DNA from: an uncultured Chloroflexia bacterium
Lineage (GTDB): Bacteria > Chloroflexota > Limnocylindria > Limnocylindrales > CSP1-4
Assembly (NCBI GenBank): GCA_963778815.1
Contig: CAVZVS010000002.1
Coordinates: 344,879-408,878, forward strand
Reading direction: 5' to 3'
DNA: 64,000 nucleotides
A program made the position numbers and the translations under genes. How positions within the stretch are numbered: the first letter of the stretch is position 1; every line of letters begins with the position of its first letter. The notes beneath the pieces are model-generated. The model saw only the letters and a program-made list of their open reading frames with translations, had not been told where the DNA came from and made no database searches. Of this stretch, positions 1 through 12,290 are shown piece after piece.

Positions 1-866
1 GTCGGGCGGCCTCCTCGCCGATGGCCCGGGCGGCCGTGACCGCGTCGTCGCCGACCGCCGTTCCGTCGACCAGGGCTTCCGAGAAGCCGGCGATGACGGT
101 CAAGGGGGTCCGCAGGTCGTGGCGCAGGTCGGCCATCAAGCGAGCCTCGCGAGCCCGGGTATCGGACAGCTCGGCGGCCATCGCGTTGAACCGACTGGTC
201 AGTTCGCGGACCTCGACCGGCCCCTCGACCGGCAGCGGCTCGAGTCCGCCGCCGGGCAGGTCCGCCGTCGCCCGGGCCAGCCGGCGCAGCGGACCGGTCA
301 CCGAACGGCCGAGGGCGATCGCGATCGGGATACCGGCGAGCGCGACCAGCAGGACGACCACCAGGAGCGTCCGGGCGAGGTCGCGCAGCGCATCCCCGGC
401 CGAGGTGTCGAGCTGTGACAGGACGATCGCCCGGGTCGGGGCGGCCGCGTTCGGGCCGCGCAAGGTGGTGGCGGCGTAGTTGTGGTCGCGGCCGTCGCTG
501 AAGCGGGCGGTGCCGGAGGTGACCGACCCACGGGTCGAGCCCGGATCGAGCGGGATCCGGTCGACCGGTGCGGCGTCGCCCCCGAGATCGATGACCCGAC
601 CGTCGCTGCTCAAAAGGTCGACCGCGACCCCGTCGGCGGCGACCTGTTCGCGCAGGTCCGCCAGGAGTGCCCGCAGGTCGCCGTTGAGGGCGGCGGCCCG
701 AAGCTGGAAGACGAGCGGCTGACTGGTCTGGCCGAGGGCGGCGATGGCTGCGTCCTGGTGCAGCCCACGCAGGGCGACGAACAGGGTCGCACCGGTGGCC
801 AGAACGGTGACCAGTGCGACCGCTCCGAAGGCGAGGGCGATGCGGGTGCTCAGCCGGTCGAGCACA
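1..866 (-). CDS. sensor histidine kinase (N-terminal part; gene continues beyond window start)
   Basis: Minus-strand translation from GTG at 866 (same frame, 3 codons after the response-regulator stop) gives TM helix LVVVLLVALAGIPIAIAL, a HAMP-like linker and the H-box MADLRHDLRTPLTVIAGFSEAL. The frame is open to position 1. It is absent from the ORF track because it runs off the window edge. Confidence 0.75.
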
Positions 867-874
867 GGCCGCTC

Positions 875-1597
875 TCAGCCCTGCCCGAGGTCGATGGCCG
901 GACCGCGCTCCGGGACCGGTTCGCGGACCGGCGGGAGGAGCCGATAGCCGACTCCGCGGACGGTCTCGATCCGCGGCCCGTCGTCGCCCAGCTTGCGCCG
1001 GACCTCGGCGACGTGGACGTCCACCGTCCGGGTCTCGCCTGGGAAGTCGGTGCCCCACACGTCCTCCAGCAGGCCATCGCGGGTGAGGACGACGCCGGCA
1101 TCGCGGGCAAGGGCCATCAGCAGGTCGAACTCACGAGCGCGCAGCTCGAGCTGCCGATCGACGACGGTCGCCTCGCGTCGACGCGGATCCATCCGGAGCG
1201 TGCCGACCTCGATCGGCCGGCCGGACCGGGCATTGCCGGAGGTCCGACGCAAGATGGCCTTGATCCGGGCGACCAGCGCCCTCGGATTGAACGGCTTGGT
1301 GACGTAGTCGTCTGCCCCGAGCTCGAGCCCGACGATCGAGTCCACGTCATCATCGCGGGCCGTCAGCATCAGGATCGGCGTATCGCCCCGGCGGCGGACC
1401 TCGCGGCAGACCTCCAGACCATCGATCCGCGGGAGCATCAGGTCGAGCACGATCAGGTCCGGTTCGTGGCGGCGATGGAGCTCGAGGCCCGTCTCGCCGT
1501 CGCCGGCCGAGAGGACCGCCCAGCCTTCCTTCTCGAGGTACAGGCGCAGCAGCTCGACGATGTTGCGCTCGTCGTCGATGACCAGGATGGTCTTCAT
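875..1597 (-). CDS. OmpR/PhoB-family response regulator (receiver + winged-helix)
   Basis: ORF 875..1690(-). Conserved start MKTILVIDDE at 1597. Receiver motifs are present (DLIVLDLMLP, TARDD, KPF). The C-terminal winged helix is present (REFDLL..L, TVDVHV..LRRKL, VRGVGYRL). Confidence 0.9.
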   Translation of the reverse strand: MKTILVIDDERNIVELLRLYLEKEGWAVLSAGDGETGLELHRRHEPDLIVLDLMLPRIDGLEVCREVRRRGDTPILMLTARDDDVDSIVGLELGADDYVTKPFNPRALVARIKAILRRTSGNARSGRPIEVGTLRMDPRRREATVVDRQLELRAREFDLLMALARDAGVVLTRDGLLEDVWGTDFPGETRTVDVHVAEVRRKLGDDGPRIETVRGVGYRLLPPVREPVPERGPAIDLGQG

Positions 1598-1640
1598 CCT
1601 GCGCAGGATATCCCGCGCCATCGGCCCTGGTCGGCAGTCA

Positions 1641-1657
1641 TGTAAGCGCGTTGTAAG
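1641..1657. promoter_or_regulatory. direct repeat TGTAAG-n5-TGTAAG in the divergent promoter region
   Basis: tgtaagcgcgttgtaag lies about 45 nt upstream of the response-regulator start, with 11-bp phasing typical of OmpR-family binding sites. This is sequence observation only. Confidence 0.25.
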
Positions 1658-1720
1658 GGCAAACCACACGCGGGCACGCCGACTCCGCACCCCACCCCAC
1701 GATCAGCCCGAGTCCGCCCG

Positions 1721-2725
1721 ATGGCCTACGATCGGCCGATGTTCGCGACCCTTCACGGCGGCTACCCTGCGCTCGACCCCGGTGAGGCGAACGACGGGGC
1801 GATCGGACCGCTCATCAGGCGGGTCGTCGAGGCCCAGGTCGAGGCGGGCCTCGGCCTGCTGACCGACGGCGGCGTCCATCGGCCCGACCCGGCTGTCGCG
1901 TTCATGAAGGCGATCGCGGGATCGGGCCCCGCGCTGCACACGCGCCCGATCTCGGTCGACACGTGGCAGCGGACGTCCGAGGCGGCCGGCGCGGTCCCGG
2001 TCAAGCAGTGCCTGCCCGGGCCGTACACCCTCGCGCGCAGGTTCGCCCCGACAGAGGCGGCCCGGGGGGACCTCACCGTGGCCCTGGCGGACGCACTGGC
2101 GGGCGAGCTGGTCGACCTTGCCGCGGCCGGCTGCCCGCTGATCCAGATCGACGAAGACGCCGCGACGGGGATCGACGACGACGTCGAGCGAAGCCTCTTC
2201 GCCGACGCGCAGCGGCGCCTGCTGGCGGGCCTTGCCGCGCCGGGCAGCCCCGGACGACCGCATCTATCGTTGGCGATCGTCGCTGGCGACGCCGATCGCG
2301 CCGGCTCGGCCACGATCTTCGGACCGGCCTACGACAGCTACCTGTTCGACCTCGTGGCGGGTCCGGACAGCTGGCGCCTGATCAACCAGGCTCCCCCCGA
2401 ACGAGGGATCGTCCTGGGGTTGGTCGACCCCGGCTCGGCCGTCCAGGACCCTGAGGTCATCCTGTGGGCGATCGGCTACGCCGCCTCGACCCGCCTGCGC
2501 GGCGAGATGCAGGTCGGCATCGCGACGTCCGGCAGTCTGGCTGGGTTGACCCGGGCCGACGCGCGCAGCCGGATCGACCTGCTCGGTCGGGTGGTGGGTC
2601 TGGTCGAACGAAGCCGGACCGAACCGATCGCCGCGTCGCTCGATCCGCGGGCGATCGACAGCCGGAGTGCCGCGCTGGGTCGCTGGACTCCCAGCCCCGG
2701 CTCGTCCAGCGATGGCGACGGCTGA
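1721..2725 (+). CDS. cobalamin-independent methionine synthase (MetE C-terminal-like / UROD-MetE fold) family protein
   Basis: ORF track 1721..2725. Motifs LLTDGGVHRPDP and IQIDEDA resemble the MetE-like catalytic domain. The real start may be the second Met at 1739. Confidence 0.45.
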   Translation: MAYDRPMFATLHGGYPALDPGEANDGAIGPLIRRVVEAQVEAGLGLLTDGGVHRPDPAVAFMKAIAGSGPALHTRPISVDTWQRTSEAAGAVPVKQCLPGPYTLARRFAPTEAARGDLTVALADALAGELVDLAAAGCPLIQIDEDAATGIDDDVERSLFADAQRRLLAGLAAPGSPGRPHLSLAIVAGDADRAGSATIFGPAYDSYLFDLVAGPDSWRLINQAPPERGIVLGLVDPGSAVQDPEVILWAIGYAASTRLRGEMQVGIATSGSLAGLTRADARSRIDLLGRVVGLVERSRTEPIAASLDPRAIDSRSAALGRWTPSPGSSSDGDG

Positions 2726-2769
2726 CTCGCCCGCGCTATCCTCAACGCCGGTCGGACACGAGGAACCTG

Positions 2770-5700
2770 ATGATCTGCGATCGATGCGGCACGGATAACC
2801 GAGCGGGACGACGGTTCTGTCGCTCGTGCGGCGCCGGCCTGACCGCCAGTTGCCCGGCGTGTGGCACCCCGGCGGAGCCTGGCGACAGCTTCTGCGGCGT
2901 GTGCGGCGGCCCACTGCCCGGCGGCGACGGTCCCCCGGCCGCGACCACCCCGCTCGCAAGGCAGACGAACCGCGAGACCGGCCTGACCGAACGTCGCATC
3001 GTGACGGTCCTGTTCGCCGACCTGGTCGGCTTCACGGCGTTGTCGGCCGATCGCGATCCCGAGGCGGTCCAGGAGTTCCTGGACGGGTACTTCGGCCTGG
3101 CCCGAGAGCGGATCGGACGCTACGGCGGGACCATCGAGAAGTTCATCGGCGACGCCGTGATGGCCGTCTGGGGGACGCCGGTCGCCCACGAGGACGATGC
3201 CGAACGGGCCGTTCGAGCCGCCCTCGACCTGGTCGATGCGATCGGCGGCCTGCGCGCCCCGGATGGATCGGCGGTGCTGGTCCGGGCGGGGGTCTTGACC
3301 GGCGAGGCGGCGGTCTCGCTCGGGGCAGACGGTCAAGGCATGGTCGCGGGCGACCTGGTCAATACGGCCAGCCGACTCCAGTCCGCCGCCCCGCCCGGGT
3401 CGGTCCTGGTCGGCGAGGCCACGATGCGGGCGACGGAGCAGACGGTCGTCTACGAGGCGGCCGGCGATCAGGTCCTGCGGGGCAAGGAGGCGCCGGTACC
3501 GGCTTGGCTGGCGACCCGGGTCGTGGCCGGCCGGGGAGGTGCTCGCAGGAGCGTTCGCCTCGAGGCGCCGTTCGTCGGCCGCGACGACGAGCTGCGCCTG
3601 CTCAAGGAGCTCCTCCACGCGACGGGGCGCGAGCGGCGCGCCCGGTTGGTGTCGGTCCTGGGCATCGCCGGGATCGGCAAGAGTCGCCTGGCCTGGGAGC
3701 TCGACAAGTATGTCGACGGCCTGGCCGAGCCGATCTACTGGCACCAGGGCCGATCGCCCGCCTACGGCGAAGGGCTTGCCTTCTGGGCGCTGGGCGAGAT
3801 GGTCCGGGGCCGGGCCGGGATCGCCGAGTCGGATCCACCCGAGCTGGCCCGCGAGAAGCTGGCCGCGATGGCCGTCGAATACCTGCCCGAGCCAGAGGAG
3901 CGAGCGCGGGTCGAACCACGTCTGGCGACCCTTCTCGGCCTGGCCGATGGCGCGACCGGCACTGTCGAGGAGCTGACCGCGGCCTGGCGGACCCTGTTCG
4001 AGCGGATCGCCGACCGGGGGCTGGCCGTCCTCGTCTTCGAGGACCTCCATTGGGCCGACCCTGGCCTGCTCGACTTCATCGAAGGATTGCTGACCGCCTC
4101 GCGGACCCGGCCGATCCTCGTCCTGGCTCTCGCCCGACCCGAGCTCATCGAGGACCGACCGACCTTCGGGGCGAGCCTGCGTAACCACATCCGGCTGGAC
4201 CTCGCCCCGCTTGGCGACGAGGCCATGGACATGCTCCTGCTGGGCCTCGTCCCGGGCACGCCCCAGGTGGCCCTGCGGGCGATCCGTGACGGCGCGGCGG
4301 GGATCCCGCTGTATGCCGTCGAGACGGTCCGGATGCTCATGGACCAGGGCCTGCTCCGGGAGGCAGAGGGACGCTTCCACCTCGTCGGCGATCTCGGTCG
4401 GCTGGCCGTGCCCGAGTCCCTCCAGGGCCTCCTCGGAGCTCGACTGGATGCCCTGGACGACCCGTCGCGGGAGCTGGTCGGGGTCGCCTCCGTGCTCGGG
4501 ATCAGCTTCACCCTCGACGCCCTGGCGACGCTCCAGGGCATCGAAGAGGCCGAGGCGCGGCGCCTCCTCGCTGGCCTTCTCGACCGCGAGATCCTCGTCC
4601 TCGAGAGCGATCCGAGCTCGCCCGAACGGGGCCAGTACCGATTCCTCCAGGGGGTCCTCCGCGAGGTCGCCTACGGCCGCCTGTCCCGGCGCGAGAAGGA
4701 GGCCCGCCACCTGGCCGCCGCCCACTACCTGGAGTCCCTAGGGTCCGACGAGCTGTGCGGGGTCGTCGCCCACCACTATCTCGACGCCCTGCGCAGCGCC
4801 CCGGAAGGCGAAGACCGGACGGACCTCACGGTCACGACGGTGGCGGCCCTGGCGGCCGCGGCCGACCGCTCGACGGCGATCGGCGCACATGCCAGCGCCG
4901 CGGGCTACCTCGGCGAAGCCATCGCCCTGACGCCGGACGAGAGCATCGCCCTGCCCTTCCGCGAATTGCGGGCGGAAGCTCTCGTCTCGGCCGGGCGGAT
5001 CGAGGAAGCCCTGGCCGCGGGATACGAACTCCTGGCGCAGGCCGACGGACGTAGCGATCGACCCCTCCAGGCCCGGGCAGGTCTGCTGGTCACGAACGTC
5101 CTGATCGGGACCGGGCACCCGGCCGAAGCACGGGCCGAGGCGGAACGGATCCAGGCCGACCTAGGCGCGTTCGCCGAGACCGACCCCGACGGCCTGCGCC
5201 TGACCGCCGAGGTCGTCCGGGCCCGCCTGATGAGTGGCGACGCGACCTCGGCCGGAGAGCTGGTCGAGGCGACTCTGCCCCTGGCCGAGCGACTCGGCCT
5301 CCGCCCGGTCGTTGCCGAGCTGCTGGCCAGCAAGGCCTGGGCGTTGTCGGTCGAGGGCCGGGTCGTCGAGGCGGTGGCGCTCCTGCGTGGGACGTTGGTC
5401 CTGGCCGAGCGCGAGGGCCTGTTCAACGCCGAGATGCGGACCCGGATGAACCTGTCCTCCTGGCTGAGCGTCGATTCACCGAGCGAGGCCCTCGAAGTCG
5501 CCCAGCGGGCCTGCGATCTGGCCCTCGAACACGGCTACCAGGGCTGGGCCTTGTCGGCGGCCGGCAACGTCAGCGGGGCGGCCTTCGACATCGGCCAGTG
5601 GGACCGGATCGAGGAACTCGCTGCCCGGCTCGACGTCCTCGGCGAGTGGGTCTCGCCGTGGGACTTCATGGTGCCCAGCGTCCTCGCCATGGTCTGGGCC

Positions 5701-6318
5701 TCGCGCGGTCGGTTCTCCGAGGCCGCTGAGCTGATGGCCCAATTCGAGGTCCAGTACGGCGCAGTGACCGACCCCCAGGTCCTGTCATCGGTCTACAGCA
5801 CGCTCGCTCACATCGCATATGCCGCGGGCGACCTGCCCGAGGCGACGCGCTCTGTCCGCCGACTCGACGCGTTGCTGGCCGAAGCCGGCGTTTCCGGGGA
5901 CCCGGTGATCTCGGCCCTGGTCGCGGCGGAAGACGGGGACAGGGCGCTCCTGTCCGAGACGGTCGAGTCGCTCGGGAGGGGACTCGAGAACGGGCGCCTG
6001 CCCCGAGTCCTGCGAGACTGGCTCGCCGCTGTGGGTCGGGTCAGGGAAGGTGATGTCGGCGCCCTTCGAGAGCTGGATGCCGCCGCCGATGTCTACCGGG
6101 CGGAGGGCGTGCGGTTCGTCCTCGCGGGCCTGCTTCGGGCGCGAGCGATCCTGGCTCCGGACGATCCGGGCGCACGCGCCGCGGCGTCCGAGGCGCGGGC
6201 GATCCTGACCGAGCTCGGTGCGGTCACCCTCCTGCGCGGATTGCCGCCAACCAGCGACGAGACCGCGCCCAGCCCGTCGAGTCCCGCCGACCGGATCGGT
6301 GTTGCGGATCCGGCTTGA
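2770..6318 (+). CDS. large signalling protein: double zinc ribbon + class III adenylate/guanylate cyclase + AAA/NB-ARC-like ATPase + TPR repeats (paralog 1)
   Basis: In-frame ATG at 2770 ([21 protein letters not shown]...CPACGTP...FCGVCG) is preceded by aggaa. The cyclase core is [15 protein letters not shown]...[11 protein letters not shown]...[10 protein letters not shown]. The P-loop is [12 protein letters not shown] long helical TPR-like C-terminus follows. The track ORF is 2464..6318. Confidence 0.85.
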   Translation: MICDRCGTDNRAGRRFCRSCGAGLTASCPACGTPAEPGDSFCGVCGGPLPGGDGPPAATTPLARQTNRETGLTERRIVTVLFADLVGFTALSADRDPEAVQEFLDGYFGLARERIGRYGGTIEKFIGDAVMAVWGTPVAHEDDAERAVRAALDLVDAIGGLRAPDGSAVLVRAGVLTGEAAVSLGADGQGMVAGDLVNTASRLQSAAPPGSVLVGEATMRATEQTVVYEAAGDQVLRGKEAPVPAWLATRVVAGRGGARRSVRLEAPFVGRDDELRLLKELLHATGRERRARLVSVLGIAGIGKSRLAWELDKYVDGLAEPIYWHQGRSPAYGEGLAFWALGEMVRGRAGIAESDPPELAREKLAAMAVEYLPEPEERARVEPRLATLLGLADGATGTVEELTAAWRTLFERIADRGLAVLVFEDLHWADPGLLDFIEGLLTASRTRPILVLALARPELIEDRPTFGASLRNHIRLDLAPLGDEAMDMLLLGLVPGTPQVALRAIRDGAAGIPLYAVETVRMLMDQGLLREAEGRFHLVGDLGRLAVPESLQGLLGARLDALDDPSRELVGVASVLGISFTLDALATLQGIEEAEARRLLAGLLDREILVLESDPSSPERGQYRFLQGVLREVAYGRLSRREKEARHLAAAHYLESLGSDELCGVVAHHYLDALRSAPEGEDRTDLTVTTVAALAAAADRSTAIGAHASAAGYLGEAIALTPDESIALPFRELRAEALVSAGRIEEALAAGYELLAQADGRSDRPLQARAGLLVTNVLIGTGHPAEARAEAERIQADLGAFAETDPDGLRLTAEVVRARLMSGDATSAGELVEATLPLAERLGLRPVVAELLASKAWALSVEGRVVEAVALLRGTLVLAEREGLFNAEMRTRMNLSSWLSVDSPSEALEVAQRACDLALEHGYQGWALSAAGNVSGAAFDIGQWDRIEELAARLDVLGEWVSPWDFMVPSVLAMVWASRGRFSEAAELMAQFEVQYGAVTDPQVLSSVYSTLAHIAYAAGDLPEATRSVRRLDALLAEAGVSGDPVISALVAAEDGDRALLSETVESLGRGLENGRLPRVLRDWLAAVGRVREGDVGALRELDAAADVYRAEGVRFVLAGLLRARAILAPDDPGARAAASEARAILTELGAVTLLRGLPPTSDETAPSPSSPADRIGVADPA

Positions 6319-6428
6319 TTCCGTGGCGCTCCAGTGCCACCATCGACCCGCACCCTCTCGGCGCCGCTCCATCTGCGGAGCGCTCGTTCCCGTTTCCCTC
6401 GACAGACGTCCCAGCAGGAGGTCGATCG

Positions 6429-6930
<502 letters not shown>

Positions 6931-6945
6931 CAGGAGGCCCATGCG

Positions 6946-9348
6946 ATGACCACCGAGGTACTCGGCGCCCCGATCAAGCGGGTCGAGGATCCGCGCTTCA
7001 TCACCGGCAAGGGTCGCTACCTGGACGACATCCAGATGACCGGGATGACCTACATGGCCATCCTGCGCAGCCCCTATGCCCACGCCGACATCCGCTCGAT
7101 CGACACGTCGGCGGCCAAGGCCATGCCCGGCGTGCATCCTGGTCCTGACCGGAGCGGACGTCCCCTACAACCCGCTGCCGATGGCCTGGCCGGCCGGCGG
7201 CTCCTCGGGCATCCAGAACAACATCAACATGCCCCGGGCACTCGCCACCGATGACGTCAAGTGGACCGGCGAAGGCGTCGCCGCGGTCATCGCCGAGACG
7301 CCCGAGCAGGCCGTCGATGCGACCGAAGCGATCGTCGTCGAGTGGGAGCCGCTGCCGGCGGTCGTCGACACCGAGAAGGCGACCCAGCCGGGCGCTCCCC
7401 AGATCCATGAGAACGCCCCCAACAACGTCGTCTTCGAGTGGACCGTCGGGGACAAGGCCGGGACCGACGCCGCGGTCGACGACGCCGAGGTCGTCGTCCG
7501 CCAGCGGATCGTCAACCAGCGGCTCATCCCCAACCCGCTCGAGGTCCGCGGCGACATCGGGCTGTACAACCCGGGCACCGAGGAGTACACGGTCTGGATG
7601 TCGAGCCAGACGCCCGCACATCCAGCGGCTCCTGCTGACCGCCTTCGTGACCGGCATCCCGGAGCACAAGGTCCGCTGCATCTCGCCCGACGTGGGCGGC
7701 GCCTTCGGCACCAAGATCTTCTGCTACGCGGACATGGCCCTGGTCATGCTCGCCTCGAAGCTCGTCGGTGGCCGACCGGTCAAGTGGGTCGAGACCCGCC
7801 GCGAGAACTACCAGTCGACCATCCACGGGCGCGATCACGTGACCTACCTGGAGATCGCCGGCAAGCGCGACGGCGAGGTGACCGGGCTGCGGGTCAAGAC
7901 CTACGCCAATCTCGGCGGCCGCCTGTCGACCATCGGACCGGGCATCCCGACCACGCTCTACGCGCGGGTCCTGTCGGGCTGCTACAAGATCCCCAACGTC
8001 TACTGCGAGGTCACCGGGGTCTACACCAACACGGTCTTCGTCGACGCCTATCGGGGGGCCGGTCGGCCGGAAGCCACCTACGTCATCGAGCGGGCGATGG
8101 ACCTGTTCGCCGCCGAGATCGGGATGGATCGAGCGCGAGCTCCGGCGCAAGAACTTCATCGCTCCGGACGCCTTCCCATACGACAATCCGTCGGGCCTCG
8201 GGACGGCGGTCAACGGCGAGAAGATCTACATCGACTCCGGCAACTACGAACCGGCCATGGACAAGGCCCTGGGCATCGTCGGCTATGCCGATCTGGCCAA
8301 GGCCAAGGCCGAGGCCCGGACCCGCGGCAAGCACCTCGGTCTCGGCTTCTCGACCTACCTCGAGGTGTGCGGCGTCGCGCCGTCGAAGTGGATCGGGGCG
8401 GTCGGCGAGGGCTGGGGCGCGGCGATGTGGGAGTCGGCCAACCTCAAGGTCCACCTGACCGGAAAGGTCATCCTGACCATGGGTACCCAGCCCCAGGGCC
8501 AGGGCCACGAGACGACCTATTCCCAGGTCATCGCCTCGGAGCTCGGGCTGCCCATGGACGACATCATCGTCCAGCACTCCGACACCCAGGGCACGCCGTT
8601 CGGCTACGGCTCGTACGGCAGCCGGACGTCCTCGGTCGGCAGCACGGCCGCGATCAAGGCGGCGGGCAAGGTCCGTGAGAAGGCCCGGCGCTATGCCGCT
8701 CATATGCTCGAAGCCTCGGTCGACGATATCGAGGTGATCGGCGCGGAGTATCGGGTCAAAGGCTCGCCCGAGAAGAAGAAGACCCTCCAGGAGATCGCCT
8801 TCGCGCTCGACCTGGGGTTCAGCCTGCCCGACGGGATGGAGCCCTATCTCGACGAGACCGCCTATCACGACACGCCCAACTGCACCTGGCCGTTCGGGAC
8901 CCACATCGCGGTGGTCGAATTGGACGACGACACCGGCAAGGTGGACCTGGTCCGCTACGTCGCGGTCGACGACGTCGGCAACAAGATCAACCCGATGATC
9001 GTCGATGGTCAGCTTCACGGCGGGATCGCCCAAGGCGTCGGCCAGGCCCTCTGGGAGCAGGCCGTCTACGACGACGCCGGGCAGCTCCTGTCGGGCTCGA
9101 TGCTCGACTACGCCCTGCCCCGGGCGTCGTGGCTGCCGGATTTCGAGCTCGACGAGACGGTCACCCCCTCACCGGTCAACCCGATCGGGGTCAAGGGCGT
9201 CGGCGAGGCTGGCGCCATCGCCAGCTCGGCGGCCGTCGCCAACGCGGTCATCGATGCGCTGGCACCGTTCGGGGTCCGCCATCTCGATATGCCGTTCACC
9301 GCGCCGAAGGTCTGGCGCGCGATGCACTCCCAGGAGGCCCGGTCGTGA
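6946..9348 (+). pseudogene. coxL: form II CODH/XDH-family large molybdopterin subunit (CoxL-like, AYRGAGR type) with 3 frameshifts
   Basis: ATG at 6946 follows cAGGAGG. Collinear homology to the intact paralog (17922..20309) is split over frames 1→2→3→1 across ORFs 6946.., 7076.., 7251.., 8257..9348. Breaks are at about 7135, 7615 and 8130. Motifs VDAYRGAGRPEATY and GTQPQGQGHETT are present. Confidence 0.75.
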
Positions 9349-10212
9349 TCCCAGCCGAGTTCGAATACGACCGTCCGGCGACCGTCGCCGAGGCGCTCGC
9401 CATCCTGGCCCGGAATCCAGGGAGCGCCAAGGTCCTGGCCGGTGGCCAGAGCCTGCTCGGGTTGATGCGCCTGCGCCTGGCCCGACCCGAGCGGCTGGTC
9501 GACATCGGCCGGCTCGACGAGCTCAAGGGCATCCGGGCGCTGCCCGACGGCGGGCTGGCCATCGGCGCCCTGGCGACCTATCGCGAGGTCCTCGACTCGG
9601 CCCTGGCGACCTCGCGGGTGCCGCTCCTGGCCATGACCATCGCCGACATCGGCGACGTCCAGGTCCGCAACCGCGGGACCGTCGTCGGTTCGATCGCCCA
9701 CGCCGATCCGGCCTCGGACATGCCGGCGGTGGTCCTCGCCCTCGAGGCGGCGATCGTGGCCCGGTCGAGCAGCGGCGAGCGGATCGTGCCGGCGACCTCG
9801 TTCTTCGAGGGCGCCTTCGTGACCGACCTGGCCGAGGACGAGTTGCTGACCGAGATCCGGATCCCGGCCCAGCCGGCCGGGGTCGGGATGGCCTATCGCC
9901 GGTTCGAACAGCCGGCATCGGGCTACTCGATCGCCGGGGCGGCTGCGGTCGTCGGGCGGACCGGGGGCGTGGTGATCGACGGTCCGGATCGGGGTGACCG
10001 GGGTCGGCGACGTCGCCTACCGGGCGTCGGCCGTCGAGGCTGCCCTGAGTGGCACGAGCGGGGATGCCGGGTCGATCGCAGCCGCCGCGGCCCATGCCGT
10101 CGACGGGGTGACAGTCGGCTCCGATATCCACGCCGACGCCGTGTACCGGGCGGAGATGGCCCGGGTCCACGTCCGGCGGGCGATCGAGGCGGCGCTGGGC
10201 GCCGCCGACTGA
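9345..10212 (+). pseudogene. coxM: CODH/XDH-family FAD-binding medium subunit (CoxM-like) with a frameshift
   Basis: GTG at 9345 overlaps the CoxL stop (GTGA) and follows cAGGAGG. VIPAEFEYDRPATVAEA...AGGQSLL is read up to about 9985. The C-terminus GVGDVAYRASAVEAALSG... is then in ORF 9994..10212. The intact paralog is at 16510. Confidence 0.7.
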
Positions 10213-10225
10213 CCGTCGAAGCCGG

Positions 10226-11309
10226 GTGCGGCTCGAACGGATCGTTCCCGGAGACACTGCGCCAGCGGACGTCGACGGAGCGGTCCTCGTCCGTGACCTC
10301 GTGGTCGACGGCGAGCGCTGGTCGAAGGGTCGGCGGCTGACCGCAGCCGACCTGAGGACCCTGGCCGCTCCTGGGGTGGTCGTCGCGGGCGAACCCCGGG
10401 CCCTGGCCGATGCCGGGATCGCCGTTCTCGTGCCCGAGGCGGACGACCTCCACGAAGACGACGCTGCGATCCGCCTGGCGGCGGCGGTCGCCGGTCCCGG
10501 CCTGACCCGGCGCGGCCCGGCCGAGAGTCGGGTCGACCTGCTCGCTGCGACCGATGGCCTGCTCCATGTCCGGGCCGACCTGGTCGAGCGGATGGACCGG
10601 ATCGATCCGGTCGAGGTGTTCACGTTGTTCGACGGCCAGGTGGTCCGGGCGGGCGATCTGGTGGCCAGCGTCAAGGTCGCCCCGCATGTGGTCCCCGCGG
10701 AGGTGGTCGCCCGGGCCGAGCGGGTCGCCCGGCGAGCCGGCTCGCCCGGGGTCGTTCGGGTCGTGCCGTTCGTCCGACGCCGAGTGGCCGCCCTGGTCAA
10801 GGAGTCCGTCCACGCGCCGGCGCGGGAGCGCTTCGAGGCGAGCGTCAGGCTGAAGGTGGAGTCGCTTGGCTCGGAGCTGGTCGCGGTCGTCTACGTGGCC
10901 GACGCGGCAGATCCGGTGACCGACGCTCTGCGTTCGCTGGCCCGGGGGCGCGGGCCGGATCGGGCCGACCTCGTCCTCACCGCCGGGTCGGCCAGCACGG
11001 ACCCCGAGGATCCCTTCTACGTCGCGATCGAGCGACTCGGCGGCCGGGTGGTTCGCCACGGCGTCCCGGCCCACCCCGGCTCGATGCTGTGGCTGGCCCG
11101 GATCGGCCGGACGGACCTCGCTCGGCCTGCCCTCGTGCGGCGCCTACTCGAAGGCGACGGCGGCCGATCTGCTCCTGCCCCGGCTGCTGTCGGGCGAGCC
11201 GGCCAGTGCGGCGACCGTCGCCCGGCTCGGCGTCGGCGGGATCCTGACCCGCTCGATGCGCTTCCGCTTCCCGGCCTACGCCCGCGACCTCGACGCACCG
11301 GACGGGTAG
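10226..11309 (+). pseudogene. molybdopterin-binding (MoCF_biosynth / MoeA-CinA-like domain) protein with a frameshift
   Basis: GTG at 10226. It carries a DLVLTAGSAS motif. After a frame change at about 11105-11125, a GLPSCGAYS...LLLPRLLSG segment (cf. GLPGNP) is read, ending at TAG 11307-11309. Confidence 0.5.
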
Positions 11310-11392
11310 ACTCCACGCCATGCCCGACCCCGAAGACCGGACCGCCGCTCCCGCCCCGGTCGGCCGACGACCGCCCGGACAGCACCCGTTCG

Positions 11393-12270
11393 GTGGACGG
11401 CATCGTGGCCAGCTTCCGGGCGGCCGACTACATCTGCGACCGCTCGCTGGGGACGGCCGTCTTCCTGGCCCTGGAACTGGGTCGGCCGCTGCTTCTCGAG
11501 GGCGAGGCCGGCGTCGGCAAGACCGAGCTGGCCAAGACCCTGGCGACGACCTGGGCACCCGCCTGATCCGGCTCCAGTGCTACGAGGGCCTCGACGTCAA
11601 CTCGGCGGTCTACGAGTGGAACTACCCGCGCCAGATGCTCGAGATCCGGCTGCTCGAGGCGGCCGGCAAGGTCGACCGAGCGACGGCCCACGACATCTTC
11701 GGGCCCGAGTTCCTGATCAAGCGGCCGCTCCTACAGGCGCTCGAATCGACCGACGGCAAGGCGCCCGTCCTGCTCATCGACGAGATCGACCGGGCCGACG
11801 AGGAGTTCGAGGCGTACCTGCTCGAGATCCTGTCCGACTTCCAGGTGACCGTGCCCGAGATCGGCACGGTCCGGGCCGAGCAGACGCCGCGGGTGGTGCT
11901 GACCTCGAACCGGACCCGCGAGGTCCACGACGCGCTGAAGCGGCGCTGCCTCTATCACTGGATCGACTACCCGACCTTCCAGCGCGAGTTGGAGATCGTC
12001 CTGACCCGGGTGCCCGAAGCGCCCGACAAGCTGGCCCGCCAGATCGTCGGCTTCGTCCATCGCCTGCGCGAGGCGGACTTGACCAAGGTCCCCGGGGTCG
12101 CCGAGACGATCGACTGGGCGTCGGCCCTCCTGGCCCTCGGAGCGACCGAGCTCCAGCCGGCCCTCATCGACGAATCGCTCGGCGTCGTCCTCAAGTACGA
12201 GGAAGACGTCCGACATGTCCGGGGCGAAGCCGGCCGCCGGATCCTCGACGAGGTCGTCGCCGGCGGCTGA
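11393..12270 (+). pseudogene. coxD: MoxR-family AAA ATPase (CoxD-like) with a frameshift
   Basis: The N-terminus with Walker A, VDGIVASFRAADYICDRSLGTAVFLALELGRPLLLEGEAGVGKTELAKTLA, is in frame 2 (GTG 11393). The remainder, LGTRLIRLQCYEGLD...VLLIDEIDRA...LTSNRT (Walker B, sensor), is in frame 1 (track ORF 11320..12270). The break is at about 11545-11555. The start is uncertain; ATG 11320 is the alternative. Confidence 0.65.
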
Positions 12271-12290
12271 GCCGGGACGGACCCGCGACC

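Noticed and set aside
482-1645. 387-aa plus-strand ORF covering the two-component genes
   Set aside because: It is an antisense shadow ORF. Its amino-acid composition is R/G/D/P-rich and it has no motifs. The minus strand encodes a clear response regulator and histidine kinase.
2736-2741. TATCCT hexamer 29 nt upstream of the regulator 1 start (same -10 as the other two promoters)
   Set aside because: It has no acceptable -35 element at 16-18 nt spacing, so it may be coincidental.
2476-4725. 749-aa minus-strand ORF, plus 2826..4184 and 3762..4541 ORFs
   Set aside because: They are antisense to the well-supported cyclase-ATPase-TPR gene. They have low complexity and are R/P/G-rich, typical of GC-rich stop-free frames.
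6365-6382. Short palindrome cgctcc-atctgc-ggagcg between regulator 1 and coxS
   Set aside because: The stem is only 6 bp and has no T-tract. It could be an operator or weak terminator, but the evidence is too thin to call.
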